Shown: positions 25,106 to 38,199 of the stretch, piece after piece
How positions within the stretch are numbered: position 1 is the stretch's first letter
Layout: the number at the start of each line of letters is the position of its first letter
From: Chiloscyllium plagiosum
Taxonomy: Eukaryota
Assembly: GCF_004010195.1 (NCBI RefSeq)
Contig: NC_057720.1
Location: 32,763,383-32,827,382 of the forward strand
Length of the DNA: 64,000 nt
Reading direction: 5' to 3'
The notes under the pieces: model-generated
The model's input: only the letters and a program-made list of their open reading frames with translations
Told to the model about the DNA's origin: nothing
Databases searched by the model: none
Program-made: the position numbers and the translations under genes

Positions 25106-26789
25106 CTTGGGGAAAGGAGAACAAACAGAAATTAAATTTTGTTTAGTCTCCACGAAAGGTAACTCCCAAGATGCAGTTACTTGAATTTTATATAGCCAAC
25201 ATACAGCAATTTTTACTAGGACTCTTCTAAATACATCAACAAAAGCAGAAAATTATTAAATTGTCACTGTTGTATCTCAACTTATTTTGTATTTTGTGAT
25301 TTTTTTGTTGTGAATTTTGCCCTCAAGCCAAAAGGTGCTAAAGATTGAAACTGAAAGTTCACTTCCTCAAGACCAAATACAGTAATATTTCACAGTCAGT
25401 GAATTTTGATGGAAGAAAATAACAATTTCTGTATAGCAAGATGCCATAAACAGCAATGACATTAGTAAACAATTAATCTTTTTTGTAACATTGACAGAGC
25501 TAAATATTGATCTAGAAACAAGACATTCTTTAATATCACTTAATTAACAAGATCTTTTATATTTACCTGAACAGCTATATCACAAGACCATTACAGGCAT
25601 GAAAATATTGCAACACTTTAAACTCTTCTATAAAATGGACTCAATTGCTTTCAAAATGGCTCCTCCATGTCATGGGACTTTGGCACTAACAATGCCCGAC
25701 AGACCTGAAACTTAGGCAGATACCTGACTGAAATACGGACAATCACAGCCATGTATGGAGTTCACAAGCTTCTTTACGAAGGATAAACCATCAACAAAAA
25801 GGCCTGTGATATACCAGTTGGTTCATTTTCCTGTTTCATCATGGACAATAGGGATGTCAAAGTTCAATGGGTTTTCCATATGAAATTAATCTCACTGCTC
25901 CTTCCTTGAATTGTGATGGTTCCACACCTCAAACAAATGACTTGAAAAGCTATAAAACAGGATTCATATCAGCCTAATATCATCATATTTAGAAAATAAC
26001 TTGGGGCTTTTAACAGGTTAAATGTGTAAGGCAGCTGTATTTTGCATTTGATTTGAAGAGTTACAATAGGAGTTATATAAATTTGTGCATGGGATTTGGA
26101 GGTACTGGCTCAGCCAGCATTAACTGCCATCCCTAATTGCTCAGAAGACAGTTGTGTCAAACAGACTCCAGTGGGTCTGGAGTCACATGTAAAACAGACC
26201 AAGAAAGGATAGTATATTTCCTTTCCTAAAAAGGCCAGATGGGTTTTCGTGACAATCGACAATGGTTACATGATAATTCTTTGGCCAGCATTTTTATTCA
26301 ATTCAAATTTCATTATATCTGTTTTAATGGAATTTGAACCCATGCCCCCAGAATATTGTTGTGGTTCCTGGATTATCCCTACACCATCACCTCAAACAGT
26401 TTTCTGTTGGAGATTACTCAAATTGGGACAAACTACATGGAACAGGAGCACACACTAATCTCATACGCAAACACTTAAGAAAACAAAGTCTGCCCATGAA
26501 ACATCTCAACTAAACGATAGCAACTCTGAAAAACAGGAATCTCCTTTGCATTGCACTAAATAATGAACCTTGATTAAATCCTTAAATCCTGGAATTGGAT
26601 TTTAATCCACAATCTCCTATTCACCAAAGAGTCAAACTGCTATATAATTCTCAGGACTTAAACATCCATTTTGAATTTGAGGCAAAATCACATTACCTTA
26701 GCCTCAGCAAAATTGAAAGGTGGTTTCTGGGATAGGAACACAGACCGCCAAGTAGCAACTTTTCCTCCTTCTCTTTATCACCAAAAAAG

Positions 26790-27973
26790 CAGCGAGTTTT
26801 GAGGAGCTCAGGTTGAGGTTCTGGATGTAGGTTTGCTCGCTGAGTGGGAAGGTATGTTTTCAGATGTTTTGTCACCACACTAAGTAGCATCATCAGTGAG
26901 CCTCTGGTGGCATGGCCCGCTTTCTATTTATGTGTTTAAGTTTCCTTGGGTTAGTGATGTCAATGCCTGTGGTTATTTTTCTCAGGGGGTGGTAAATGGG
27001 GTCCAAGTAAATATGCTTGGTGATAGAGTTCCAGTTGGAATGCCATGCTTCTAGGAATTCTCGTGCATGTTCTTGTTTGGCTTGCCCTAGGATGAATGTG
27101 TTGTCCCATTCAAAGTGGTGTCCTTCCTCATCTGTATGTAAGGATACTAGTCAGAATAGGTCATGTCTTTTTGTGGCTAGTTGATGTTCATGTATCCTGG
27201 TGGCTAGTTTTCTGTCTGTTTGTCTCATGTAGTGTTTGTTACAGTTCTTGCAAGGTATTTTGTAAATGACATTAGTTTTGCTTGTTGTCTGATTAGAGTC
27301 TTTCAAATTCATTAACTGCTGTTTTAGTGTGTTAGTGGGTTTGTGGGCTACCATGATGCCAAGAGGTCAGAGTAGTCTGGCAGTCATTTCAGAGATATCT
27401 TTGATGTAGGGGAGAGTGGCTAGGATTTCTGGACATGTTTTGTCTGCTTGTTTGGTTTGTTGCTGAGAAATTGATGGACTGAGTTCATTGGGAACCCTTC
27501 TTTTTGAATACACTGTATGGGTGATTTTCCTCTGCTCTTCGTAGCTCCTCTGTGCTGCTGTGTATAGTGATCATTGAAATAATAATCAACTAGCCACAAA
27601 ATGACATGACCCACTCTCAGTAGTATTGTTACATACAGATGAGGAAGGACACCTCTTCGACTGAGATAACACATCCATCCGAAGACAAGCCAAACAGAGA
27701 CATGCACGAGAATTTCTAGAAACATGGCATTCCAACCAGAACTCTATCAACAAACACATTGACTTGGATCCCATTTACCACCCCCTGAGAAAAAGAACAG
27801 GAAATGACATCACCACAGGAAATGACATCACCAACTCAAGGAAACCTAAACACATAAATAGAAAGTGGGCCCTGCCACCAGTGCTTCATCCGGAGGCTCA
27901 CTGATGATGTCACCAACTGGTGACAAAATGTCTGAAAAAGAACCTTCCAACTCAGCAGGCAAACCTACATCCA
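26790..27973. mobile_element. Penelope-like element with inverted duplicated 3' region
   Basis: Minus-strand GIY-YIG remnant TNVIYKIPCKNCNKHYMRQTDRKLATRIHEHQLA; ~27586-27973 is an inverted copy of ~26820-27185; hammerhead-like CTGATGA at 27901-27907. Confidence 0.85.
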
Positions 27974-28991
27974 TTAACAAAGCAATTAAGAACCTGACAC
28001 CAGGCTCCCCAGCCAATTTGCACTGATAGGGCCATTTAATCAGAAGGATTATTTCTGATTATAGGAATTGTGGTATATTTCAGAAACATTCAGCAATGCT
28101 TTTAATTTTCAGATTGCAGAATCCACAGGAATGGTTAGCTGACCAGTAAAAACCCTCCTGCCCCCACCAAATGGAGCTCTCAGTTAGTGGAGGATTCTAT
28201 TGTGTGATTTGAGGGACTGCAGAAAGTCAGCTTTCCCAAGGACAGGGAAAAAAAGAGAAACCTCTATTCTCTAACAGAGTAGACAATACAAACTTTCCTT
28301 TAGACCATTTTCCTTTTTGACACCTGCCTTTACGACCCTGCACAAAACCTGTCCTTCTGTTCTTTGCACACAAACTAATGTAAGGATTCATAACTTCTGC
28401 TTTCTCTCCATGCAGAAACAGGGAAGAACATAAAACTTGACAAGGGGATTAAATATATGGCTGACAGGAAGGAAATCCAGTCGCAAGCACTTTTTGAATT
28501 ATACTCCTCCTCATTCATTTGGAAAGAGGTCTTGTTCGGGGAGGCTGAGGCACCCTGTTGAGAGATCCTGAGCTCCTGAGGCACTGATACTCATATATAA
28601 TCGCAGAGCTGAATCTCTTGTGTTGATGCTCTCACCCCTTTCTAACTAGAATTTGGTGGTGATCATGATTAATGTGTGAAAATCCTTATGATTGAAAAGT
28701 TTGGCAGGGCTAAGTTCCCATTCTTGAACCTCATCAGAAGTGAAGGTTTGGACAGCAAAGTTTGCTCTGCTACCTTGAAAGCTGCCAGCAATACATGAAA
28801 CATATTTCTCCATTTTTTCTAACTTAGCATATTCTCTAATCTCTCAAACAAGAGTTTCAAGAGAGATAGAAAAATCGGTTGATGTAGATAAGGTAAGCAA
28901 GAGATTTTACAGAGAGTTGCATTATAAGTCAATGTCTTCAAGAAGAAAAAAGAAGTCTTCAATTGTTTTCTTCAGTTAGATTTTAACATAC

Positions 28992-29095
28992 CTGATTAGA
29001 TGTCCTTACAAAAAAGGGCAAAGGCACTGGACTGTCCCCAGAACTTGGGCATAGCTCTTCAGAAATATCAGAGAGGCTATCGCGGAATCCGCCAC
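28992..29095 (-). CDS. HECTD3: HECTD3 exon 13 (104 nt)
   Basis: tag|GT..CAG|gtatg; [34 protein letters not shown]. Confidence 0.96.
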
Positions 29096-29596
29096 CTATT
29101 GTTTAAAAAAAAAATTGGACTAGTTAAAAAAAGTTTTTATAATGTTAAATAATTAACCTTGGATTAGATTAATCATCATTTATCAAACTCATTCGAACAT
29201 AGTTCACTGATTTTCCAATATCAATTGCACATCAGTACTCAGTGATAGATCATAACTGTTATTACTTCGCTGAGGATGTTATGATGCATTAGTTAAAGAA
29301 TTGCTTACTAAGTCTGGAATGACAGTTAAAAGGGCACAACACAATAAAATTCTTAAAATTTTATACTGCCATAGACAAACATGCATGGCTTATGTTATTA
29401 TCCAAACTGCTCTATAAGATTGCCTTCTAATCATGACTGGGTATCCTATACTTCCTATGCAGCTCACTGTGACCCAACATTATCTCAAGCAGGTTTATAA
29501 AAGCAAGCATATAAAAATCTTTAGAATAACATTTCAGCTCAACAGCACATGCTGGAAACCTTAAATAAAAACAAATGACTTGAAATACCCAGATTA

Positions 29597-29725
<129 letters not shown>

Positions 29726-30549
29726 TTAAAAAAGAATTACAAGTGTAAAGAGTATTCTTGTGTGGAGTTCTGAAATGTTAGTAATGGAAAGGGTACTGTC
29801 TGTATTATGATGTTATTGAAGCTAAAAAGATAAGTAACTTTGTCCAATTACAGCTTTAATTGTTAAGCTTATCAATTAAATATTTCTAAACAAAGTGACT
29901 AAGTTCAAAGAGTTTGTTACAAATAGCTCTAACTGTACGTGCTCCAATGTGCTTCATGCGATAAAGCCTTACTTCTATTATTTCCCTTCACCACAATCAA
30001 GAACTACAAAGGGCTGAAACAACCTTTAGAAACATTAGTTTTATGTCCTCGAATGATTAATTTAAAGAAAATTCTGTTGAATTTTATGAAATTAATGCAA
30101 CAATTGACTGCATACTTTCTGCACTTCATGACCAAATTGCCGAATGGCAGACCATGGAGGGAAACAGAGTATCATTCGTGGAGTTGAATAATCATCACGA
30201 TAACAAAATGCAGAACAATGTAGCCAACCATCCCATATTCAATAGTCACATTTACAATACACAAAACTTGAAATCACAAACTAGACCAGAGACTTCAACA
30301 TAGATGCATTTTTAAACCATCGAGTTTACACCCTGGGTTCAAAATAATTTCCAAATCAATTCCTGTGTTGGCATTAGCGTTCAACACATAATGGTCCTTC
30401 TAAAATCTAAAAGTAAAAGAAATTTTAAAATTTATTGTGTCCAATTGCTGTTTCATGGATTACTTTAGTTTCCCTTTTTTTTTATAAGTTATTTGAAAAT
30501 GATCTTCTTCAATTGGTTGGTCACGGTTGTGCAATAGTGTAAGTGAATG

Positions 30550-30728
30550 TACGGGAGACCCCCATATCCATGGAATAATTTTCTGCGGTTTCAGTTACCC
30601 GTGCCTGAACATTCAAGGGAGCATTCCAGAAGCTGCCGGGAAGGTAAGTTTCCCATTTAAATGAATGGGTTCACTCCTATCTGCAGTTTCGACCTACCAT
30701 GGTAGTTCCTGGAATGTATCCTACTGTA
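30550..30728. mobile_element. Probable Tigger/MER2-like non-autonomous DNA transposon
   Basis: TA-bounded; left end CCCCCATATCCATGG; right end on minus strand TACAGTAGGATACATTCCAGGAACTACC, resembling recalled Tigger MITE termini. Confidence 0.4.
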
Positions 30729-31272
30729 TTTCCAAATTTAATACCCTCACATGCTTGCTTCAATTAAGAATGCACAGATATGTAAACGCAATCTCAAAGC
30801 AAGGTGGAAGTCAGAGCAAGGGGATTAAATATCCGAAGCTCCATTCCATGATAATGCAATAATAAACTCATTAGAATGCAGGCCTTTAACAGCGTTCAAT
30901 AAAGAAATGGGTTTCAAGGCAGTAAATCAAATGATTTAGCCCTGTTACAAAGTAGAACTAACAAAGCCAAATGACCTGCAGTCCATTCAAGTTGGTCTGA
31001 GCACAAAGAAATAAAAATGCAAGGCAGGGAAAGCCTATATAATTTATTAAATAAAACAAATATGTACGGTACTTTTGAACCGAAGTACAACAAAAGCTTT
31101 GTAATTCTGGTGTATGCACAAACTGACCTATACACAACAAATATGATGGAAGTAACCTGCAGTAAATAAACAGGTTTCTATTCCTGCCATCAGAAAATCC
31201 CTAGCCCTCATTCATTTTGGAATCTCTCGTAGAAGACTTCATATACAGAATATTTTGTCTCCCAAACAATAC

Positions 31273-31325
31273 CTGTAATCTAAGGGTTTCTCGCATTTGT
31301 CCGAAGGCTTCAAACCTTCAAACAT
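31273..31325 (-). CDS. HECTD3: HECTD3 exon 11 (53 nt)
   Basis: cag|ATG..AG|gtattg; MFEGLKPSDKCEKPLDY. Confidence 0.93.
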
Positions 31326-33111
31326 CTGTAAAACAAATACGTAAAACAATGCAATTTAACGTGGTCTGAATAACTTGTACTCAATTTCACACAGATTTCA
31401 TGACTGAAGTTGAGTATAATAAGAAAGAAATCAAAATAAATCCCATTGTTAATTATTTGAATCAGTTACACTTCACAAAGAACAATTTAAGTCTTTGCAA
31501 TGCTGTTTGAATGACATAAAACTATTTTTTTTTATTTAACAGAAAGAATGAAAGCTTTTCACTTTGTGGGGGTGGTTTTGGACGTGGAAAAAAGTAGGGA
31601 AATGCAGGTAATTATGGATTGAGGTCACTCAGTATTCTCTCATTTTTGGTGATTGTCCTCATCTTGGTGGGAGCTGCAATGGAAAGCACAATCTGCTTCA
31701 TACAGTAGGGAAACTAATTAGGCCAAATGAGGGTGGCTTTCTGGAATTTTCCTGTACTGAATCCAGATGCTAATTGGAGATTGCCTCCTCGTAGTAGGCT
31801 TGAGAGGGGTGGGGAGGCCCTGCTTGTGTGGGGGAAAAAAAAAGAGACATCAGGACCTCCTCGATGACCTCGAGAATGAAACCACGTATCGAATGAAAAA
31901 ACTATACCTCCTCCATGGCCATGACAGCAATGACTCATTATTTTTAAGTTTTATATAGGCATCAGAAACTGCTTACATTTTGGTGTGCCCTCTTGCTCTT
32001 TCTGTCTCCAAAACACAGGCTTGCATCAGACATTCTGAGTAGCTGCCCTGATCATTTCTCCATTCAGTCTCCTTAACTGAATACAGAGGAGGTCTCTGAA
32101 TTGGCTGCCTCCCACATTGCGGGTGAACATCAGATACTAAAAAGATCTGCAAATGGTCCCAATGTAGGATTCAATGTTAATGGAAGAATTTAGTACAAGA
32201 TTACAATTTTGATTTCCCATTGTTCCTGCCCTTTTGTAAAAGGGTGACAGATGTGCACTTCCACCTTCCTCAGGCCTGCTGCTGACTCCAATTTGATGGC
32301 ACAATCTGACTTGGTGACCTGTCAGGCTCCAATAGTTGCCTGTGATGATGCAGGACTTTAAGTCGTGCAGCAGCTGAAAGGCAAATCTAGCAGTAATGAA
32401 CTTAAAATGTTGGGAGGTCATCAGGAAGACAGCATTGAGAAAGCAAAGGTGAGCAGTGTTGTCCAGCACCTTGAGAAGGATGCATCTTATGAGGGCATAA
32501 AGGATGGAGGTGGTTAAAAAAAAATGCTATCTCCTCACCAAATTAGAAATACAAGACAGAAAATTACATAATTAACAAAATAAGTGTGCAACCTATAAAA
32601 CTGAATTATTCATTTATCTGTTTCCCTGTGGATATGATGATTTTTGTTGTCATCTGTGGCCAGTTTAGACTTTGCGATTTATCCATAATCATTACCTAAT
32701 CCCACATTTATCTGTCCATCAGTTCCTTTCTCGAGGATACCTAATCATTTCTCACAGTACTGTCTGAAACTTTCAGTGCCTGGCCTCTCTATAATGTGCA
32801 TAAGTTTGCACACCAACAATTCAGTTAGCCTTTGAATCACCTGTGTCCCACTTGCCTTAAAAAAAAACTGCCACCTTTTAAAAAAAATGTAGTGGTCCTG
32901 GTGACTTACTAGCCCAGAGGTCTGCATACATTTTGCTGACAAAAATGAATTAATAATGCAAAGGAGATACAGGCAAGAAAGAAGCATGGCTCATGAGAGG
33001 TGTGCCACTTAAGGCAACAGAGCCTTTGCTTCAAAAAGCACGTGAAAGGTGGAGAGACAGCAGCTGAGACAATATCAAAATAATTGCCCAAGAGCTAACA
33101 AATTTCCTGAA

Positions 33112-34078
33112 GAGTCATAGAGATATACAGCACGGAAACAGACCCTTCGGCCCAACTTGTCCATGCCGACCAGATATCTTAACCTAATGTAGTTCCATTT
33201 GCCAGCACTTGGCCCATATCCCTCTAAACTCTTCCTATTCATAAACCCATCCAGTTGCCTTTTAAATGCTGCAATTATACCAGCCTCCACCACTTCCTCT
33301 GGCAGCTCATTCCATACACGCACAACCATTTGTGTGAAAACGTTGCCCCTTAGGTCTCTTTTATATTTTTCCCCTCTCACCCTAAACCTATGCCCTCTAG
33401 TTCTGGACTCTCCCACCCCAGGGAAAGACTTTGTCTATTTATCCTATCCATGCCCCTCATGATTTTATAAACTACTATAAGGTCACCCCTCAGCCTCCGA
33501 CGCTACAGGGAAACAGCCCCAGCCTATTCAGCCTCTCTCCATTGCTCAAATACTCCAAACCTGGCAACATCCTTGCAAACCTTTTCTGAACCCTTTCAAC
33601 TTTTGCAACATCCTTCCAGTAAGGAGGAGACCAGAATTGCACGCAATATTCCAAAAGTAGCCTAACCAATGTCCTGTACAGTTGCAACATGACCTCCCAA
33701 CTCCTGTACTCAATACTCTGACCAATAAAGGAAAGTATACCAACTGCTTTCTTCACTATCCTATCCACCGGTGACTCCACTTTCAAGGAGCTATGAACCT
33801 GCACTCCAAGGTCTCTTTGTTCAGCAACTCTCCCTAGGACCTTACCATTAAGTGTATAAGTCCTGCTAAGATTTGCTTTTTCAAAATGCAGCACCTCATA
33901 TTTATCTAAATTAAATTCATCTGCCACCTCTCAGCCCATTGGCCCATCTGGTCCAGATCCAGTTGTACTCTGAGGTAACATTCTTCGCTGTCCACTACAC
34001 CTCCAATTTTGGTGTCATGTGCTAACTTATTAACTGTACTTCCTATATTCACATCCAAGTAAGTTATATAAATGACAA
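33112..34078 (-). mobile_element. Young CR1 LINE 3' ~1 kb
   Basis: RT C-terminal ORFs (DTKIGGVVDSEE, LEYCVQFWSP, WNELPEEVVEAG) and ATGACTCT tail. Confidence 0.92.
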
Positions 34079-34123
34079 GAAGTAGCGAAGAAAAATGTTC
34101 TAGATCACTTTGAGCAGACATAC

Positions 34124-34306
34124 CTGTGTGAACACAGCATTCTTACAAGAGGGATCAAGGGAGGGATTATTCCGGTGCTCCATAGCAACTCGCCGATTGA
34201 TGTAGAGCTTTGGCATGACATTGGGCTTGTTAGTCTCTGAATCCTTGAGGCATTGTGTAATCAGAGCTGTGCGCTGTTTTGATAGCAGAAGGAACTGCTT
34301 GATATG
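34124..34306 (-). CDS. HECTD3: HECTD3 exon 10 (183 nt)
   Basis: cag|CAT..CAG|gtatg; [61 protein letters not shown]. Confidence 0.96.
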
Positions 34307-35201
34307 CTGAAACACAAAATGCTGGTATCAATCTGTTATTTTTAACAAGTGCTAGGCAGAGGTTGGTTTGGTTACATTTTGCACATGCAGCAAGTAAATA
34401 TCCAACGTCCTGATTTAATGAGCAAAAGTGCTCCTGGTGTCCTGATACCCACTCCATCTCTTTCAAAATATCAAAAAGAAGGTTACATTTTGCATTATCT
34501 GGTCTTTCTTTTCATTTTTTACTTCTGCAATCTTGATTCTCGTAAAGTAGTTACATATTTGCCAGCAAAACAGTAATTACAACTCAGAAATAACCCAATG
34601 CTTGCAAAAAAAAATCCGACTGCCCAGGTGATAGGATGAGGCTTAAATAAATGCAAAACCTTTCTTTAGAAAAGTAAATAATTTCAGTGCTGCATGCAGG
34701 TCCAACTTACATACTTTGGGTCACATACAACCTCTGAACCTGCAATTCAACTGCACCAACTGTGGCCTAATTGCACATAAATTTTACACTTTTGTCCTGT
34801 TTGAATTTTACAGGCCTGGAGGCTTGAAAAGGGCTGCTCTTCGCAAACTCTATTTATGTAGTGAATAAACTCTAGATTAAAACAAGAAAAATTTGCTTGT
34901 GCAAGCAGCATGAGGAAAGAGGGATATGTGGAAATTAACTGGAACATCGATGTAAACTTTCTACGTGGCACTGGAGAAAGTAATAGCTGTTAACTATTCA
35001 TTTGTCAACACTTCCTATGTTGCAAACATCAGTATTGCATTCCAGCATACAAGATAATTGCTACTTGGAATAATTTTTAAGCGCCAAACTCCAGAAAGGA
35101 CTGCTTTCCAAGCAGTCTTGGAAAGCATATAATTCTGGTGAGTCAAGCAGAATGATAAAAAGATTGCAAAATCCTGGCTTATATTTTCTTCAGTAACTCA
35201 C

Positions 35202-35283
35202 CTTTAACTGACCAAATGACCCAACTGTGTGATCCCAGGCTGGAACAAGATAGTGAATAAGGCTGTCCAAGAGTTTAAGGAAT
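35202..35283 (-). CDS. HECTD3: HECTD3 exon 9 (82 nt)
   Basis: cag|A..AAG|gtgagt; [27 protein letters not shown]. Confidence 0.95.
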
Positions 35284-37215
35284 CTGGAGAACAATAATGC
35301 AACTCATGAACATATCAGGTTGTTATGGTATTATCCTTGAACATTTTTTTAAATTAAAGGCTTGATCATAATCGGAAAAAAATTAGAACATAATCTTTCT
35401 TTTAAATCATTCTATTGTTCTACCAACTTATTCCTATTCAATTCTATACAATTATTCCATTCCACTCAAATTTTACCTGGGAATGCCGAAAATGGTCAGC
35501 CAACAGTAAGAATAATTGATTCTTGTTAAATTATAATGACCTCTTATAAATTGCAACCATTCTTATTACTTTAGTTACCTATAGTTTCTTAATTTGAAAG
35601 TTGATTTTCAAAGTCAAAGTTGCATTGCAGTGTTGCTTGCTTGCAAAATGAAAGGCTTGTCAGTACAGTTGTAGTGCTGGTTTTGAAATCACACGATTTT
35701 TCTTTGAAAAACAGCCACCCTATCAGGCACTTGGATCGTCATTTAATGGGTTGTATAAAAGACAATGCATCCAACAATACATTGGAGAAGTATACTCTAC
35801 ACCTCTGAGGTATAATTTCTTTTGAAAGTGTTTTACACACACTTTTAATTGTACAGATCTTAAACATTGCGAAAAGAATACAAATTGAAGCTTTTTATCT
35901 TGCACACACAGGACCCAGTTCTTCATAGCCAAAAGCAATTTGTACATCACTGCATCTTTTTCACAGAGGAAAATGGGCTATGGAGATTACCAACCTGCTG
36001 CAATGCCCATGACAACACTGACTTAATCAGCATCTACCCACTTGATTTAAAGTTCAATCAATTAAGATAGACAGTTAACAATTTCTGTTTTATCTCCGTA
36101 GCAACCAATCAGTACCCTCTGCTCATGCAGTGTAAATTGGTGTTCCTTCTCAAAATTTCATTTCTTGCATTCTAGTCCTGAAGTATGCAAAATGAAAAAC
36201 TTCAACTTTGTATCCTTTTTAACAATGATTAAATTCTGTACTACTAAGTAAATATTTATTCTATAGAATGCCATATTCTATCAAAATTATAAGTGAAAGA
36301 AAGGATTAATACAGTCACAATTAATAAGGATCCACCACGGGTTAGTACATGCCATTTATCAATGCCACTTTTGAACTAATTGCTAGATTTAGCAGAACAA
36401 AGTTGAGGGAAAGAAGGAAAGCATACTTTTAAGTGAACTTATATGTAAAGATATCTTCAAGTCTATTAGTTATTAACTAAGCACAGCAAACTTTAATTTA
36501 ACTGGCACCTCATGAACCAGCACTCTCAATAAACCGGGATAAATTATATACCTGATGTTTACTACATTATCATGATCTCCCCGATGTTTGTGTAATAAGT
36601 TGAGAGTACAAGTGAGAAGGCTCTCACTCGCACTTAAGTTTTATTTAAGGCAAAGTTTCATTATTACTTAAGTGATAAACAAAGTCTAATGTTGATGTGC
36701 ATACCCCTGCATTAAGTTCCTATTACGTAGTGTGTGTTTTTACATTGATTATGTGGACCTCTTGGTCAAACCGAATATTTGATCAACTGGCACACTCCTG
36801 GTGCCATAGATGTCAGTTAATAAAAAAAATTGCTTGCAATGCCATAAGAAGAATATACTTTTAACTAAAGTATTTGACTACGCCCATCACATATTATTTT
36901 GTCCTGCTTTAGTTTACTCTCTGACCGAGCTGATAATGAGGTAACCTGATTTGGAGTTTCTGAATTCTGCCTTTACGTAATCCTTCAAAAATCTTTCAGC
37001 CAGTTGACAATGGGAAAAATGAAGACTTTCTTACATTCTAGAACACAGTCAAACTTTATCTGTTCAAAATCTCTTCCAATGCATCAAGTTTTTTTCCAAA
37101 TTTGCTGAATATAATAAGTTATCAAAATACAATTTATCAAAATGCATTAACTGGAAGTAAAACTGGATGTCAGCATGCATTCTTACTTCAAGGAAGTCCA
37201 AATATAGATACATAC

Positions 37216-37381
37216 CTGTGGATTACTACAGCTCTTCTATATAGAATGTCAGGATTATGTCCCTCAAGCCGTGGATAACGGACTAGGTTTGCAGCTTGAA
37301 ACATATCAACGTTTAGTCCTAGGTCTCTTTCCCTCGAAGATCTGATCTTAATGCCATGTAGTCGGACATCTATTCCTCCTT
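37216..37381 (-). CDS. HECTD3: HECTD3 exon 8 (166 nt)
   Basis: tag|AA..AG|gtatg; [54 protein letters not shown]. Confidence 0.95.
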
Positions 37382-37714
37382 CTATTGGAAAATGTTAAAG
37401 AAAGACTTAACATTCTTATAAAAGCACAATTCACTTGCATCTGCTTCACAGTGGAAGATTACCTTTTTGGACAGTTATTTTGAGGCAATTTGTTCATCAG
37501 AGGCAGGAATCTGTTGTTCAGTAAGAAATTGCGGCAATGTTGCCTGTACAATTGATTTTTACTGAATGCCCAGGTGAATACGTACTATTTGTGGGGAAGA
37601 GCAGCTAAGGGAACTACAGTTGGTCAGAGCTGAGAATTATCTTTTCCTTTTCCACTCTTAGTGGAGGCTGATGAGGGGCTGGGAGGATTCATACTGACAG
37701 GTACTATCTGGGTG

Positions 37715-37870
37715 TTATCAAATCATACAGTATGGAAACAAAGCCTTCAGTCCAACTAGCTCAAGCCAACCGTTTCCCAGAATAAACCAATCCCACTTGC
37801 CTGTGGTTTGGCCCATATTCCTCCAAACCTTTCCTATTCATACACTTATCCAAATGTCTTTAGATGTTGT
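37715..37870 (-). mobile_element. CR1 3' tail fragment
   Basis: Similar to the tail at 33112-33270. Confidence 0.65.
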
Positions 37871-38199
37871 AATAGCAATGTAAAACGATTCTCCTGGGGT
37901 ACTCTAATAATTCAGATAATGAAGTGAAGTGTTTACTCAACCAATTCAATCCTACAGGCTGTCGACATTTAAACACACGATCTTCAAAGCCTCACCTTTT
38001 TTGGGAATGCCAGTTTAGTCAGCATCTCTCACCAACAAGTGAGACATTTGTCAATGTGATGAACATTACCTAAATAAGTTACTGTTGTTACAGAGAATCT
38101 GGCAATAATTTACAGTGGTATTACTTATGCTATTCCTGTCAAGAAGAAAATCTCGTACTTCAAATGCATACAGGTGACTTGCAACATCGTGACTTCACT

